Part shown: piece by piece, positions 48,520 through 59,497 of the stretch
How positions within the stretch are numbered: position 1 is the stretch's first letter
Layout of the letters: every line of letters begins with the position of its first letter
Origin: an uncultured Chloroflexia bacterium
GTDB lineage: Bacteria; Chloroflexota; Dehalococcoidia; DSTF01; WHTK01
Direction: 5' to 3'
Length of the DNA stretch: 64,000 bases
NCBI GenBank assembly: GCA_963768705.1
Contig: CAVYJE010000028.1
Location: 90,571-154,570 of the forward strand
Made by a program: the position numbers and the translations under genes
Notes under the pieces: model-generated
Seen by the model: the letters and a program-made list of their open reading frames with translations, nothing else
The model's database searches: none
Told to the model about the DNA's origin: nothing

Positions 48520-49858
48520 CTACGCCCGGAGCTTTTCCTGCAGGGTGCCGAGGAGCTCCTCGATGCGGACGCGGGTCTGCTGCATGGAGTCTCGTTCGCG
48601 GATGGTGACGGCGTTGTCGTCCAGGGTGTCGAAGTCGATGGTGACGCAGAGGGGCGTGCCGATCTCGTCCTGGCGGCGGTAGCGGCGGCCGATGGACTGG
48701 GCGTCGTCGAACTGGGTCATGAAGTGGGGTCGCAGGAGCTTGTGCACCTCGCGGGAGATCGGGCCCAGCTTCTCGTTGCGGGAGAGGGGCAGCACGGCGA
48801 CCTTGATCGGCGCCACGCTGGGGTGGAGGCGGAGGTAGACGCGCTTCTCGGTCTTGCCGTCCGCCGTCGGAGCTTCTTCCTCGCGATAGGCGTCGTAGAG
48901 CAGCACGAGGAAGGTGCGGTCGACGCCGACCGCGGGCTCGATGACGTAGGGGGTGATGTGCTCGTTCGACTCCTCATCGAAGTAGGTGAGGGCTTTGCCT
49001 GAGACCCTGGAGTGGGCCGAGAGGTCGAAGTCGGTGCGGTTGGCGATGCCTTCGAGCTCGGACCAGCCGAGGGCGGCGTAGTGGTACTCGATATCGTAGG
49101 TGCCCTTTGAGTAGTGCGAGAGCTCATCCTGGCTGTGCTCTCGCAGGCGCAGGTTCTCGTCGCGCACGCCGAGGCGCTTGAACCAGGCCATACGCTCCTG
49201 GATCCAGTGCTGGTGCCACTCTTCGTCCGTGCCGGGCTTGCAGAAGAACTCCATCTCCATCTGCTCGAACTCGCGCAGGCGAAAGATGAAGTTGCCCGGC
49301 GTGATCTCGTTGCGGAAGGAGCGGCCTTGCTGGGCGATGCCGAAGGGCAGCTTGCGACGCATCGACGTGAGCACGTTCTCGAAGTTCGTGAACATGGCCT
49401 GAGCGGTCTCGGGGCGCAGATAGACCTGGTGCGGCGGACTCCTCGACGGGACCGACGTGGGTCCTGAACATGAGGTTGAAGGGCCGCGCTTCCGTGAGCT
49501 GGCCCTTGACGCCGCAGTCCGGGCAGACGTCCGACTCCAGGTGGTCGGCGCGGAAGCGGTGCTTGCAGTTACGGCAGTCGACCATCGGGTCGGTGAAGGT
49601 GGCGACGTGGCCGCTGGCCTCCCAGACCTTCGGGTTCATGATGATCGAAGCATCGATACCGACGACGTCGTCACGCTCCTGGACCACGGCGGACCACCAG
49701 AGGTTCTTGATGTTGCGCTTCATCTCGACACCAAGCGGTCCGTAGTCCCAGAAGCCCCCGATGCCGCCGTAGATCTCGCTGCTGGGGAACACGAAGCCGC
49801 GTCGCTTGCACAGGGAGACCAGGGTCTCGAACTGCAGCTCGGGGTTGGTGTCAGACAT
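48520..49858 (-). pseudogene. glyQS: glycine--tRNA ligase (dimeric GlyQS type), one frameshift near 49400-49440
   Basis: [56 protein letters not shown].. then ..[47 protein letters not shown].. in a second frame. Confidence 0.8.
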
Positions 49859-50218
49859 TGGGTTGCTCCTGGATTGGGATCACGCCTGGCTGGCGCGTCT
49901 TACGTGGTTGCTTCGGAGGTGCTGCGCATCGCTGGCGCGCTGCTCCGCTCAGTCTTAAGGGAAGGGAGTGTGGGGGACACCCCCCAAGCCGCCGCGCAAG
50001 GGCTTCGCCCCCGCTACCCCTGCTTGTCCTCGCTTCGCTTGGAGGGAGTGCCGCCGGGGTGGCTTCATGATTGGGAGGACACCCAAGCCGGTGCTGGGCC
50101 TTGCCCCTGGTACCTCTGGACTCTCCTCGCTTCGTTCGGCCGTGGCCGATGGCTTGCGTCATGGTGAGGGTGGCGTGCTCGCGTATCTCCTGACGTGGCT
50201 TCCGAGGCGTGGGTGATT

Positions 50219-50500
50219 CTACAGGTCCTCGTCGTCGTCGTCGGCTTCGAGCTCGTCGGTGTCGACCCAGAGGATGTCGACCTCGTCGCGGGTGCCAAGG
50301 GCTTCGTTGAGGAGATGGAGGAGGACGCTGTCGGCTCCGCGAGCCTTGAGCATCTCGATCATGGCGCGGTTGATGTAGTAGTCGCGGTCTTCCGGCCACT
50401 CCTCCTCGAGGTTGTCGACCAGCATGTCGAGCTGTTCTTCGCTTATCTCGCCAACCTGTGCGTAGAGCAGGATCATCGTCGTTGCCGCCTTTCGCGTCAC
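50219..50500 (-). CDS. hypothetical acidic protein
   Basis: Coding-like, highly acidic C-terminus (ELEADDDDEDL); no known domain; the start is probably the internal MILLYAQ. Confidence 0.35.
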   Translation of the reverse strand: MTRKAATTMILLYAQVGEISEEQLDMLVDNLEEEWPEDRDYYINRAMIEMLKARGADSVLLHLLNEALGTRDEVDILWVDTDELEADDDDEDL

Positions 50501-50747
50501 TGGGCGAGCCCGAGCTCGCGCTTCCTTGTCGGTAATGTCCGGCCGCTATTGCCTGGACAAACACACGCCCCGAAGCACAAAGCCCGGGGCGCACGCCGTC
50601 AGGTTCGCCGGACCGCGTGAGCCGTTTAGGAGCGTCCTCCGTGGATAAAGGAGATTACGATCACTCGATTGAACCTACGGTAAGCGATTGCTTCTGTCAA
50701 TCGCGCAGGTTGCCAGCGTTGGGTATGACGGTTAAGGTCATTCTCGT

Positions 50748-51758
50748 ATGCGAATCGACAGGCTGGCGGCGCTGGATAACGAATCGCTGATCGTGCTGGC
50801 GCGGCGGGCTGGACTCGTGGTGCTGGCGGGCGGTCTGCTCTTCACGATGAAGGCCACGGAGGGCCCGGGAGACGGGGGACCGTTCTGGAAGGCGATGGCG
50901 TACGGCTTGCCTTACGGCGTGTCCGGCGCCCTCGTTTTCTTCTCGGCGGAGCGACTGAGGCCTGCCGAGGAGCGCTCGCGAGCGCCGGTGATGCTGATCG
51001 GGCTGTTCGTGGCTGGCCACGTGGCGCTTGCTCTCAAGGTCAGTGACACGCGTATGGCCATCGGCAGCGGCGACACGGGGATCTGGGGCTTCATCAACGT
51101 GCTGTTCGCGGGTGGCCTGAGCGGCGTCGTTTTGCTGTGGCTTGTCGCCGTGACGACGCAGTCGCTCCAGACCCGGCTCCTTGTTGGTGTCACTGCCGCG
51201 CTGGCCTTCCTGTTGGTGCATGGTGCGATTGAGATTCATACGCCGGAAAGCCTGTTCCTGAGCGACTTCTGGGACTTTCTCTGGTCGTGGCCGGGTGTGA
51301 TTGCGCGGTCGGCACTCCTGATCGTAGCGGCGGTGTATCCGCGCTCTCTCCGGCAATGGTCGGGGCTGGTATGGCTGCTGGCAGTCGCTCTGACGCTGGC
51401 GGCGGTGGCGTCGTCCTGGAAGCTGGCTGAGGGCCTGCCTTCAGATGCGTGGTGGGGACCGGTGGCGATCGTGAACAGCCGTTTGACGTTTGTGTTGCTG
51501 CTTCTGGCCTTCGCGCGGGTGGTGTCGCCGCGAGCTGTGCTCGCGGGCGCGATCGTGCTGGTGCTGACCGCGCTCGTGTATACCTGCTACCAGATCGTAG
51601 TGACGCTTGAGGGCTCTGATGCATCGTTCTGGGCCTTCCTGCTCCAGATGCTGGCGATCGGATCGCCGGCGGCGCTGGCCGTGATGGTGGCGGAGGTGGG
51701 CGTCAGGGTGCCGGCGGATGACATGGCGTCTGAGGCCCACGCGAACGCCGGTTCCTAG
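50748..51758 (+). CDS. hypothetical polytopic membrane protein (~9 TM)
   Basis: ATG start; repeated hydrophobic helices; no recognisable family. Confidence 0.5.
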   Translation: MRIDRLAALDNESLIVLARRAGLVVLAGGLLFTMKATEGPGDGGPFWKAMAYGLPYGVSGALVFFSAERLRPAEERSRAPVMLIGLFVAGHVALALKVSDTRMAIGSGDTGIWGFINVLFAGGLSGVVLLWLVAVTTQSLQTRLLVGVTAALAFLLVHGAIEIHTPESLFLSDFWDFLWSWPGVIARSALLIVAAVYPRSLRQWSGLVWLLAVALTLAAVASSWKLAEGLPSDAWWGPVAIVNSRLTFVLLLLAFARVVSPRAVLAGAIVLVLTALVYTCYQIVVTLEGSDASFWAFLLQMLAIGSPAALAVMVAEVGVRVPADDMASEAHANAGS

Positions 51759-52071
51759 CCCTGCCGGGGTTGCTGTGCACGATGCGAGATTGCCGCGTCG
51801 CCGCGGTCGCCCGCGACCGCGGCGACGCGGCAATGACCAGACGTTGGGCTCTTGGTATATAAGACGCTTGGTTGCTGCCACCTGGGGCTCTGGGTACCCG
51901 CTAGGGGCACCCCTACGCCGGGAATTGTGCTCCTCACCCTGTCCACTGCGGGTCGACACGCCTCTCCGTCGCACAGAGAGGGGGCGCCTGCTTCGGGAGT
52001 CATGGGGGCATTTGAGACCGCCAGCCGCGGGCGACACACATGCCTGTGGGTGTAGAGCGTGCGCTAATCGA

Positions 52072-52641
52072 TCAGGCGTGAGAGGGGCGGGTGGGTTCTT
52101 CGTCCTCGCCGTAGAAGTCGGCGCGGCGAATCTCCATGAGGATGAAGTTGTAGTCGCCGCGGCGGGAGACGCCGTAGCGAGCGAATCCGGCCTTTTCGAA
52201 GCAGCGTTGGGCGCGCACGTTCCAGTCGAGGGTCTTGAGGTAGATGCGGTCGAGCTTCAGGGCTTCGAAGAGGTAGCCGGCGAAGGTGCGCATGAGGTCT
52301 GTGCCGTAGCCGCGGCTCCAGTACTCGCGCAGGCCGATGGTGATGCCGATCTCGGCCTCGCGGCGGTGAAAGTCGGCGTTGTAGTACATGACGTTGCCGA
52401 TGTGGGTGCCGTCGTGGTCCTCGACGGCGATGGTCTTGCGGTAGGGGCTGGGGTAGCTGAGCTCGTCGCCGAAGATCGACATGTACTCGCGCAGGCTGCC
52501 GTTGTAGGGCCTCGCGGCGTCGAAGGTCGCGAGTTCGGGGTCACGGCGCCACTCGTAGTCCTGAGGCGCATCAGACGTCGTCTTGGTCCGGAGCACGATC
52601 AGAGTGCCGCGGGCCACCTCTCCCTCAACGACTGCCGTCAT
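52072..52641 (-). CDS. GNAT-family N-acetyltransferase
   Basis: ..IGITIGLREYWSRGYGTDLMRTFAGYLFE..RIYLKTLDWNVRAQRCFEKAGF.. acetyl-CoA-binding core. Confidence 0.75.
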   Translation of the reverse strand: MTAVVEGEVARGTLIVLRTKTTSDAPQDYEWRRDPELATFDAARPYNGSLREYMSIFGDELSYPSPYRKTIAVEDHDGTHIGNVMYYNADFHRREAEIGITIGLREYWSRGYGTDLMRTFAGYLFEALKLDRIYLKTLDWNVRAQRCFEKAGFARYGVSRRGDYNFILMEIRRADFYGEDEEPTRPSHA

Positions 52642-53098
52642 TGTTCTTCTCTGCCTTGCGCCCTTCCGCCATATCGATTGCTTGACGCAGAATACGCCCC
52701 TCGTTGCGATAGGTCAGCATGCGCAGGGCTTCTTCTACGGGAAACCAGCGCACGTCGTCGAACTCGTGGTCGTGCAGGCTCGTGTCGCCGCCGATGGGCT
52801 TGAACAGGTAGTGGCGCACCGTCTTGTAGTAGCGCACGCCTTCTTGCGGCCGCGAGAACCAGTAGCGGATGTCGCCGACGATGCCCTCGGGCTCGACCTC
52901 GACGCCGGTCTCTTCGCGCACTTCTCGCAGGGCCGTTTGCTGCATGGATTCGCCGCGCTCAGGTGTGCCTTTCGGCAGGCACCAGAGCTTGTCGCCGGTG
53001 CGACCGCAGAGGAGGACCTCGCGGCCGGTGTTATCGCCGCGGAAGACGACGCCGCCGGCCGAGAACACGCGCTCCGTGCGCAGGCCTGAACCCGCCAT
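52625..53098 (-). CDS. NUDIX hydrolase
   Basis: Nudix box GTPERGESMQQTALREVREETGVEV. Confidence 0.8.
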   Translation of the reverse strand: MAGSGLRTERVFSAGGVVFRGDNTGREVLLCGRTGDKLWCLPKGTPERGESMQQTALREVREETGVEVEPEGIVGDIRYWFSRPQEGVRYYKTVRHYLFKPIGGDTSLHDHEFDDVRWFPVEEALRMLTYRNEGRILRQAIDMAEGRKAEKNNDGSR

Positions 53099-54015
53099 CA
53101 GGGCGCCCCCAGTGGGTCGTCGTCGAAGTCGATTTCTGCCACGGCTGCCTCGATCGCTTCTTGCAGGGCTTCGTCGCCCTCGTAGAGCACGCCCTGCAGG
53201 GCGACACGGGCCGTGGCGCCGCCGATGGCGCCGAGGGAGCGGATGGCGGCGAGCTGGACTTCGCGGTCCGGGTCCATGAGGGCCATGCGACGGAGCTGCG
53301 GTATGGCCTCATTCTCCCCGATCTCGCCGGCAGCGAAGGCAGCGGCGTGACGCATCTCCGGCGCGCGGTGCTCGGTCTCGCGGAGGACGGTCGGCAGCCA
53401 CATGGCGTCGCAGCTGCGGCCCATGGCGTCGATGGCGCCGACTTTGAGCCAAAGGCTGTCTTCCATGTAGATGCTCTCGATGAGGTTCTGGGTGTCTTCG
53501 CCGCTGATGGCGCCCAGGGCTTCGATGGCGCGAGAACGCACGCGTTCGTCCTCCTCGATGTCCTCGGCGCTCTCGATGAGGGCGTTGCGGATGGCGCGGG
53601 CATCGGCGTGGCTGAGGCGCTCCAGCTCGGCGGCGAGGGCGTAGCGGCCGAGGGCGATGGCGGCTTCGCGGCGCACCTCGATGTCCTGATCGATGAGCAG
53701 AAGGTCGATGAGGGGGGCGATGAGGTCGCTCTCCTCGTACTCGTCCAGGCCGCGGATGGCGGCGGCGCGTACGTAGGGCTCCTCGTCGGAGAGCGCGACC
53801 TTGAAGAGGGCATCGAAGTTGAGCTCGACGTTGTCGTCGGCGAGCTCGCTGAGCTCTCGCACGATATTGAGCCGGCGCATCATGGCGATTTCGGGCCAAG
53901 TTGTGGAGACCGTGAGCACGTCCGCGCCATCGAGGTCAGAGAGGTTCTTGAGCTGGGTGGCTGAGAGCCGTTTGTTTTCGTCGCTGATTTCTTGGAGGTC
54001 AGATTCGAGGGGCAT
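53098..54015 (-). CDS. HEAT-repeat (PBS-lyase-like) protein
   Basis: Repeated ..D.VR..AA.ALG.IG.. units (EPYVRAAAIRGLD, DIEVRREAAIALGRY, RVRSRAIEALGAI, APEMRHAAAFAAGEIG, DREVQLAAIRSLGAIG). Confidence 0.7.
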   Translation of the reverse strand: MPLESDLQEISDENKRLSATQLKNLSDLDGADVLTVSTTWPEIAMMRRLNIVRELSELADDNVELNFDALFKVALSDEEPYVRAAAIRGLDEYEESDLIAPLIDLLLIDQDIEVRREAAIALGRYALAAELERLSHADARAIRNALIESAEDIEEDERVRSRAIEALGAISGEDTQNLIESIYMEDSLWLKVGAIDAMGRSCDAMWLPTVLRETEHRAPEMRHAAAFAAGEIGENEAIPQLRRMALMDPDREVQLAAIRSLGAIGGATARVALQGVLYEGDEALQEAIEAAVAEIDFDDDPLGAP

Positions 54016-54112
54016 ATCTAATTCTATCTAAGCAGTGGTCTTGAGGCGTGTCAAACCGGGGTGGGGAGATGGCAAATCCATCAGCCACGGTGCCCTTCTG
54101 GGAGGGATGGAG

Positions 54113-54240
54113 CCCTGTAGGGGCGCACGACCGTGCGCCCCTACGTAGCGCCGGTGACCCTGCCGAGCGGTTGGTGGTGATCATGTTGGCCTGAAGAGCA
54201 CCGGGATTGCTTCGCCTCGCTATCGCGATGGCTCGCACGG
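54113..54240. repeat. composite dispersed repeat copy 3: palindrome B variant (54113-54146) + arm A (54203-54240)
   Basis: ccctgtaggggcgcacgaccgtgcgcccctacg ... gggattgcttcgcctcgctatcgcgatggctcgcacgg; the palindrome carries a compensatory T->C / A->G pair relative to copies 1 and 2. Confidence 0.6.
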
Positions 54241-54278
54241 GGGATGGCGCGGTTTCTCGGCGGTATTGATGAGTGGGG

Positions 54279-55274
54279 CTAGTCGCGTTCGGGGCGGGTG
54301 GCGCGGGCCATGAGGTCGCGGACGGCTTCGATTGCGGGCTTGGCCTCGAAGAGGACGCTGTAGAGCGACTCGCAGATCGGCATGGCGACGCCGTAACGCT
54401 GGGCGAGTCGGGGCAGGGAGCGGGCGGTCTCGACGCCTTCGACAACGCCGGCGGCCGACTCGATGGCCTCTTCGAGGGTCATCTCCTGGGCGAGGGCGAC
54501 GCCGAGGGCGTGGTTGCGTGACTGGTTGGTCTGGCAGCTGAGCAGGAGGTCGCCTATGCCGGCGAGGCCGAGGAAGGTCATGGGGTTGGCGCCGGCGGCG
54601 ACGCCGAGGCGGGTGATCTCGGCGAGGCCGCGCGTGATCAAGCCGGCCTTGGCGTTTTCGCCGTAGCCGAGTCCGTCGGAGAGACCGCAGGCGATGGCGA
54701 CGATGTTCTTGAGGGCGCCGCCGACCTCGACGCCGACGAGGTCCTCGCTGGTGTAGACGCGGAAGGTGGGACCGCTGAGCAGCGATTGCACCTGTCGCGG
54801 GCGTTCGGCGTCCGTGCCCGCGACGACGGTGGCGGCGGGCAGGCCGCGGGCGATCTCGCCGGCGAAGTTGGGGCCGGAGAGGGCCATGATGCGCGCCGGT
54901 TCGATGCCGAATGTGGCGATGACCTCCGACATGCGCAGGCAGTCGGGCGCCTCGATGCCCTTGGTGGCGCTGACGATGCCGGCGTCGGGCGAGATGGCGG
55001 GGGCGCTGCGAATGAGGTTCTGGCGCATCGTGGCGGAGGGCACGGCGATAAGGACGACCTCTGCGGTGGCGAGGGCTTCGGGGTCGAAGGTGGCGTGCAG
55101 GGTGTCCGGGAATCGCAGGCCGGGTCGATGGCGTCGATTTTCGCGTGCGGTCTCGAGGGCGTCGGCTTCGGCGACGTTGCGGGCCATGAGGGAGACGGCG
55201 TTGCCGTTGCGAGCGAAGAGGGCCGCGAGGGTCGTGCCCCAGCTCGTGGTGCCGATGACGGCGACGTTCGCCAT
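54279..55274 (-). CDS. gpsA: NAD(P)H-dependent glycerol-3-phosphate dehydrogenase
   Basis: VAVIGTTSWGTTLA Rossmann; ..GALKNIVAIACG..; 331 aa. Confidence 0.9.
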   Translation of the reverse strand: MANVAVIGTTSWGTTLAALFARNGNAVSLMARNVAEADALETARENRRHRPGLRFPDTLHATFDPEALATAEVVLIAVPSATMRQNLIRSAPAISPDAGIVSATKGIEAPDCLRMSEVIATFGIEPARIMALSGPNFAGEIARGLPAATVVAGTDAERPRQVQSLLSGPTFRVYTSEDLVGVEVGGALKNIVAIACGLSDGLGYGENAKAGLITRGLAEITRLGVAAGANPMTFLGLAGIGDLLLSCQTNQSRNHALGVALAQEMTLEEAIESAAGVVEGVETARSLPRLAQRYGVAMPICESLYSVLFEAKPAIEAVRDLMARATRPERD

Positions 55275-55963
55275 CAGGACGGCGAGGCGGCGGGGCCGGT
55301 CTCGACGCGCTGTCCCACCTTGCGCTCCGTGCCCGCGCGCAGCCTTTCGATGTTGTCGTGGTGCAGGACGATGATCAGGGCGCTGCCGATGGCCGCCGCG
55401 ACAACGAAGGCCCAGGGATGCAGGCCGAGGGCGGCGAAAACGGCGAATGAGACCGCCGCGAGGGCTGCAGTGCTAATCGACATAAGGGACATGTAGCGCC
55501 AGCGGTAGAGGATGAGGCCGGCGATGGGCAGCACGACGATGAGGGCGATGGGGCTGAGCCCTACGAGCACGGCGGCGCCTGTGAGCACGCCGCGGCCGCC
55601 TCGGAAGCCCGCGAACACGGGCCACACGTGGCCGATGACGGCTGCGAGGCCGCCGATGGCGCGAGCCCAGGGGTCGTCCGTATAGAGCAGGGGCAGGAGG
55701 GCGGCGGCGAGGCCCTTGGCGAAGTCGCCTGCGAACACAGGAGCTGAGCCCCGGAGGCCGAGGACGCGCAGGCTGTTCGTGAAGCCGGTCTTGCCGGAGC
55801 CGTAGTCGCGGAGGTCGACGCCGCCTCGCAGCTTGCTGGCGATGAGGCCGAATGGGATCGAGCCCAGCAGGTAGCCCGTGATGGCGGCGATGAGGATGGC
55901 CACGAGAACGCCCCTCTCCCTATCCCTCTCCCCAGCGGGGCGAGGGGACTGCGGAGAGAACAA
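55274..55963 (-). CDS. plsY: glycerol-3-phosphate acyltransferase PlsY
   Basis: ..ITGYLLGSIPFGLI....GSGKTGFTN....HVWPVFAGFRGGRGV..; the real start is probably ~55909 (VLVAIL). Confidence 0.8.
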   Translation of the reverse strand: MFSPQSPRPAGERDRERGVLVAILIAAITGYLLGSIPFGLIASKLRGGVDLRDYGSGKTGFTNSLRVLGLRGSAPVFAGDFAKGLAAALLPLLYTDDPWARAIGGLAAVIGHVWPVFAGFRGGRGVLTGAAVLVGLSPIALIVVLPIAGLILYRWRYMSLMSISTAALAAVSFAVFAALGLHPWAFVVAAAIGSALIIVLHHDNIERLRAGTERKVGQRVETGPAASPS

Positions 55964-56079
55964 TACTCCCCAAGAGGGGCGAGGCGACTGGAGAGCACCC
56001 GATGCTCGCCATGAGTGTGAGGGGACTTGTGAAACGCACAGTATTTCCCCAAGGGGGCACGGTGACAGTGGAGCGCATC

Positions 56080-57459
56080 CTACTCCTCGCTGCGGGAACG
56101 GAAGATCAGCTTGAGGCCGGCAGCGCGATAGCCGAACTGGCGCCGCAGGGCGTTTTCGAGGTAGCGCTTGTAGGCGGAGGACACCAGGTCGGCGTCGTTG
56201 ACGAAGAAGACGAACGTCGGCGGCTCGATGGCGACCTGGGTGACATAAAGCAGCTTGAGGCGCTTCTTGCCGGCGATTGTGGGCGGCCGGCGGGCGAGGG
56301 CGCCGCGGATGATGGCGTTGAGCTCGCTGGTCTGGACGCGCTTCGTGCGCTCTTCGCCGGCCACGATGACCTCTTCGAGGAGCTCATCCAGGCCGGTGGT
56401 TTCGAGGGCGGAGACGACGGCGAAGCCCGACCAGGTGGCGAAGTGGAGGCGGCGGCGCATGGCGTTGCGGAACTTTTCCGGATCCCACGTCTCGGCGATG
56501 AGGTCCCATTTGTTGGCGCAGACGACGAGGCCGGTCGATTCTTCGAGGGCGATGCCGATGATGTGGAGGTCCTGCGCCCGCAGCCGCATCGAGGCGTCGA
56601 AGACGACGACGGCGACGTCGGCGCGCTTCACGGCATCCTTGGCGCGCATAACGCTGTAGTGCTCGATGGAGCCCTCGACGCGGCCGGGACGGCGGATGCC
56701 CGCCGTGTCCACAAGGGTGATGTCGTGATCCTTGTACTTCATGCGCGTGTCGACGGCGTCGCGGGTGGTGCCGGCGATGTCGCTGACGATGACGCGGTCT
56801 TCGCCGAGGAGGGCGTTGGTCAGGGCGGACTTGCCGACGTTGGGGCGGCCGATGATGGCGACTCGCAGTGGGCGGGTGGTCGGCCCGGCCTCCTCAGGCT
56901 CTTCGGGCAGGAGCGGCAGCATGTCCGAGATCATGTCGAGCAGCTCACCGACGCCGCCGCCGTTAATGGCGCTGACGGCGACCGGCTCGCCGAGGCCGAG
57001 CTCGTAGAACTCGGGGGCAGACTCGTCGGCGCGGCGCTGGTTGTCTGCCTTGTTGGCGACGAGGATGGTCGTCTTGGCGGCTCGGCGCAGCATAGCGGCG
57101 ACTTCGTAGTCTGCGGCGGTGAGGCCGGCCTTGACGTCGACGATGAAGAGCAGGAGGTCGGCGTCTCCGACGGCCGAATCGACCTGAGCGCGAATCGCGT
57201 CCATGTAGGCGCCTGAGCCGGCGACGCTGGTCGGTTCGGCGAGACCGCCGGTGTCGGTGAGGTCGAAGAGGCGCAGGCGCCACTCCACTTCGCCGGTGAG
57301 GCGGTCGCGGGTCGTGCCCGGGATGTCCTCGACGATCGCCTTGCGGTGGCCGATCATGCGGTTGAACAGGGCGGACTTGCCTACGTTGGGCCTGCCCACG
57401 ATGGCGACGAGCGGTTTACGGGTCGCGGTGTTGGGCGTCTCGGGCTCAGTCATTGTCAT
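56080..57459 (-). CDS. der: ribosome-biogenesis GTPase Der (EngA)
   Basis: Two tandem G domains (VAIVGRPNVGKSALFN ; VAIIGRPNVGKSALTN) plus a KH-like C-terminus. Confidence 0.9.
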   Translation of the reverse strand: MTMTEPETPNTATRKPLVAIVGRPNVGKSALFNRMIGHRKAIVEDIPGTTRDRLTGEVEWRLRLFDLTDTGGLAEPTSVAGSGAYMDAIRAQVDSAVGDADLLLFIVDVKAGLTAADYEVAAMLRRAAKTTILVANKADNQRRADESAPEFYELGLGEPVAVSAINGGGVGELLDMISDMLPLLPEEPEEAGPTTRPLRVAIIGRPNVGKSALTNALLGEDRVIVSDIAGTTRDAVDTRMKYKDHDITLVDTAGIRRPGRVEGSIEHYSVMRAKDAVKRADVAVVVFDASMRLRAQDLHIIGIALEESTGLVVCANKWDLIAETWDPEKFRNAMRRRLHFATWSGFAVVSALETTGLDELLEEVIVAGEERTKRVQTSELNAIIRGALARRPPTIAGKKRLKLLYVTQVAIEPPTFVFFVNDADLVSSAYKRYLENALRRQFGYRAAGLKLIFRSRSEE

Positions 57460-58676
57460 GGTCTTAACGCTATCACGGCCTGCTGTGGGTCGACAGCGTC
57501 CAACCGTACGTTATTCGGCACGACAACCTTGACGTCGAGCGTGTGAGAGCCTTCTGCGAGGCCCGAGGCGTTGACGGTGGCCTGAATGTCGGCCGCCGTG
57601 AGCTCGTTGAGCACGGGGGTGTCGCCGCTGATCCTGACGGTGAGCGAGGAGGTTTGCAGCACCGCGTTAAGGCCGTCCGGGACGTTGGTGACGACGGGCG
57701 CGACCGTGATGGCGCGAGACCCAGGCGCCGGCTTGATTTCGATCACGACATCGATAGCCTCGCGTTCGGCCTGAACGCCCTCGGGTATCTGGAGGTCGAC
57801 TGAGCGCGTAATGGTTTCGTTGGCGCCACTGACATCGATCGGTTCGGTCAGCAGAGAGTCGAGGCTCTGCAGGGTCTCCAGTGAGCCAGTTACGAGCACG
57901 TTCCATGGGTCGGGCGTGATGCCGACAACGTTGTAGCCGTTGGCCACCGTGCCCTGAGTCTGCACCTGCACGGGGACGATCTGGGGTGTTTCCAGCTGCT
58001 GGATCGTCAGGCTAACCTGGGCGCTGCTGGGCTCGATAGTCACGCGGGGCTGGATGGCGCCGCCGGCGTCGCGGGGCGTGAGCTCGTACGCCAGATCAAT
58101 GTTCGAGCGCACGCCGGTGAGGTTAACGTCGGCGTCGGCGTGCTTGACGAGGTCGACGCTGGTGGCGGGGCCAACGATTGTCACCTGTGCCGGGTCAGTC
58201 GTCGTGGAGGCGATGGTGAAGCCCTGGGCAAGCGAGCCGAGGCGGTTGACCTGCACCGGCACCGTCTTGCTGACCTTGGTCTCGAGGACGACGCGTGTGG
58301 CCCGGGAGGACACCTCGACGATGTTGGCCTCCTCATCGAGGCCGACGATTTCGACCACGACGCTCTGAGTCGACTGGGTGTCGCGAATGCCGGTCATGTT
58401 GACGGTGGCGCGGAAGTTCGAGGCCGTGAGCTTCGCCAGGACGTCGTCTGTGGCGCGTGCGGTAACGACGACAGCATCCGGCGACATGCTGTAGACGGCG
58501 AGGCCGTCCGGCACACCGACGGGCTCCAGGGGGATCGAGAAGGGGAGCTCCTGGTCCGTGGTGGGGTTCTCGGTCTCGGTGACGGCGACCCAAAGCGCCA
58601 CAGCGGCGATCAGGGAGACGATCGCGAGGGCGATAGGGGTCATGGCTTGGCGCATACCGGGCATGCTTCGAAACAC
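57456..58676 (-). CDS. cdaR: YbbR-domain protein (CdaR, regulator of diadenylate cyclase)
   Basis: N-terminal TM then four YbbR-like repeats; overlaps the cdaA stop. Confidence 0.75.
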   Translation of the reverse strand: MFRSMPGMRQAMTPIALAIVSLIAAVALWVAVTETENPTTDQELPFSIPLEPVGVPDGLAVYSMSPDAVVVTARATDDVLAKLTASNFRATVNMTGIRDTQSTQSVVVEIVGLDEEANIVEVSSRATRVVLETKVSKTVPVQVNRLGSLAQGFTIASTTTDPAQVTIVGPATSVDLVKHADADVNLTGVRSNIDLAYELTPRDAGGAIQPRVTIEPSSAQVSLTIQQLETPQIVPVQVQTQGTVANGYNVVGITPDPWNVLVTGSLETLQSLDSLLTEPIDVSGANETITRSVDLQIPEGVQAEREAIDVVIEIKPAPGSRAITVAPVVTNVPDGLNAVLQTSSLTVRISGDTPVLNELTAADIQATVNASGLAEGSHTLDVKVVVPNNVRLDAVDPQQAVIALRP

Positions 58677-59488
58677 TAGGTGGTTGCCTGGGCCGCTGGT
58701 CTAAAAGGGCTTGTCCGGGACATGAGCAGGGCTTCCAGTGTGGAGCGCAGGCGCGTCTCGTCCCGCAGCGGGATCAGACGCCCCTCTGAGGCGATCGAAA
58801 TGCCACCGGTCTCTTCCGACACGACGACGGCGACGGCGTCGGTTTCCTCACTGACGCCGAGGGCGGCGCGGTGGCGTGTGCCCATGCGCGACGTACCGCC
58901 AGCGACCGAGAGCGGCAGGGTGCAGCCGGCCGCGACGATGCGCTTCTCCCGGATGATCACCGCCTTGTCGTGCAGGGCCGAGTTGGGGAAGAAGATGGCG
59001 CGCAGAAGGCGGGCGGTGAGCTCTGCATCGATGTGCACGCCGTTCTCGATGAGGTCTTCAAGGCCGGTGCTGCGCTCGATGACCATGATGGCGCCGTGGC
59101 GCTGACGGGCGAGGTCCGTCACGGCAGTGGCGATCTCGTCCAGCGAGAAGTCATCGCTGGGGTTGAGAAGCCAGCGCCGTACGCTGGTGCGGCCCGCGCG
59201 TTCGAGGGTACGCCGGATCTCCGGCTGGAAGATAACGATGATACCGAGGACCAGACCAGTGAGGGAGTTGCGCACGAGGAAGTTGACGACGCTGAGATCC
59301 AGGATGCGGCCCAGGAGGAACATGATGATGATGATCGCCACGGCGCCGCGCAGCAGGGTCATCGCGGTGGTGCCACGCAATGCCATGAGCAGGGCGTAGA
59401 TCAGCACGGCGATGATCAGGATGTCGAGGGCTGCGGCGCCGTCCAGGCGTTGAAGTGTGGTCCAGATATTGTCGAGGAAGTCGCTCAC
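58676..59488 (-). CDS. cdaA: diadenylate cyclase CdaA (DAC domain, membrane-anchored)
   Basis: Three N-terminal TM helices; DAC motifs ..LHDKAVIIREKRIVAAGCTLPLS.. and ..GTRHRAALGVSEETDAVAVVVSEETG.. Confidence 0.85.
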   Translation of the reverse strand: MSDFLDNIWTTLQRLDGAAALDILIIAVLIYALLMALRGTTAMTLLRGAVAIIIIMFLLGRILDLSVVNFLVRNSLTGLVLGIIVIFQPEIRRTLERAGRTSVRRWLLNPSDDFSLDEIATAVTDLARQRHGAIMVIERSTGLEDLIENGVHIDAELTARLLRAIFFPNSALHDKAVIIREKRIVAAGCTLPLSVAGGTSRMGTRHRAALGVSEETDAVAVVVSEETGGISIASEGRLIPLRDETRLRSTLEALLMSRTSPFRPAAQATT

Positions 59489-59497
59489 GGCGCCTCC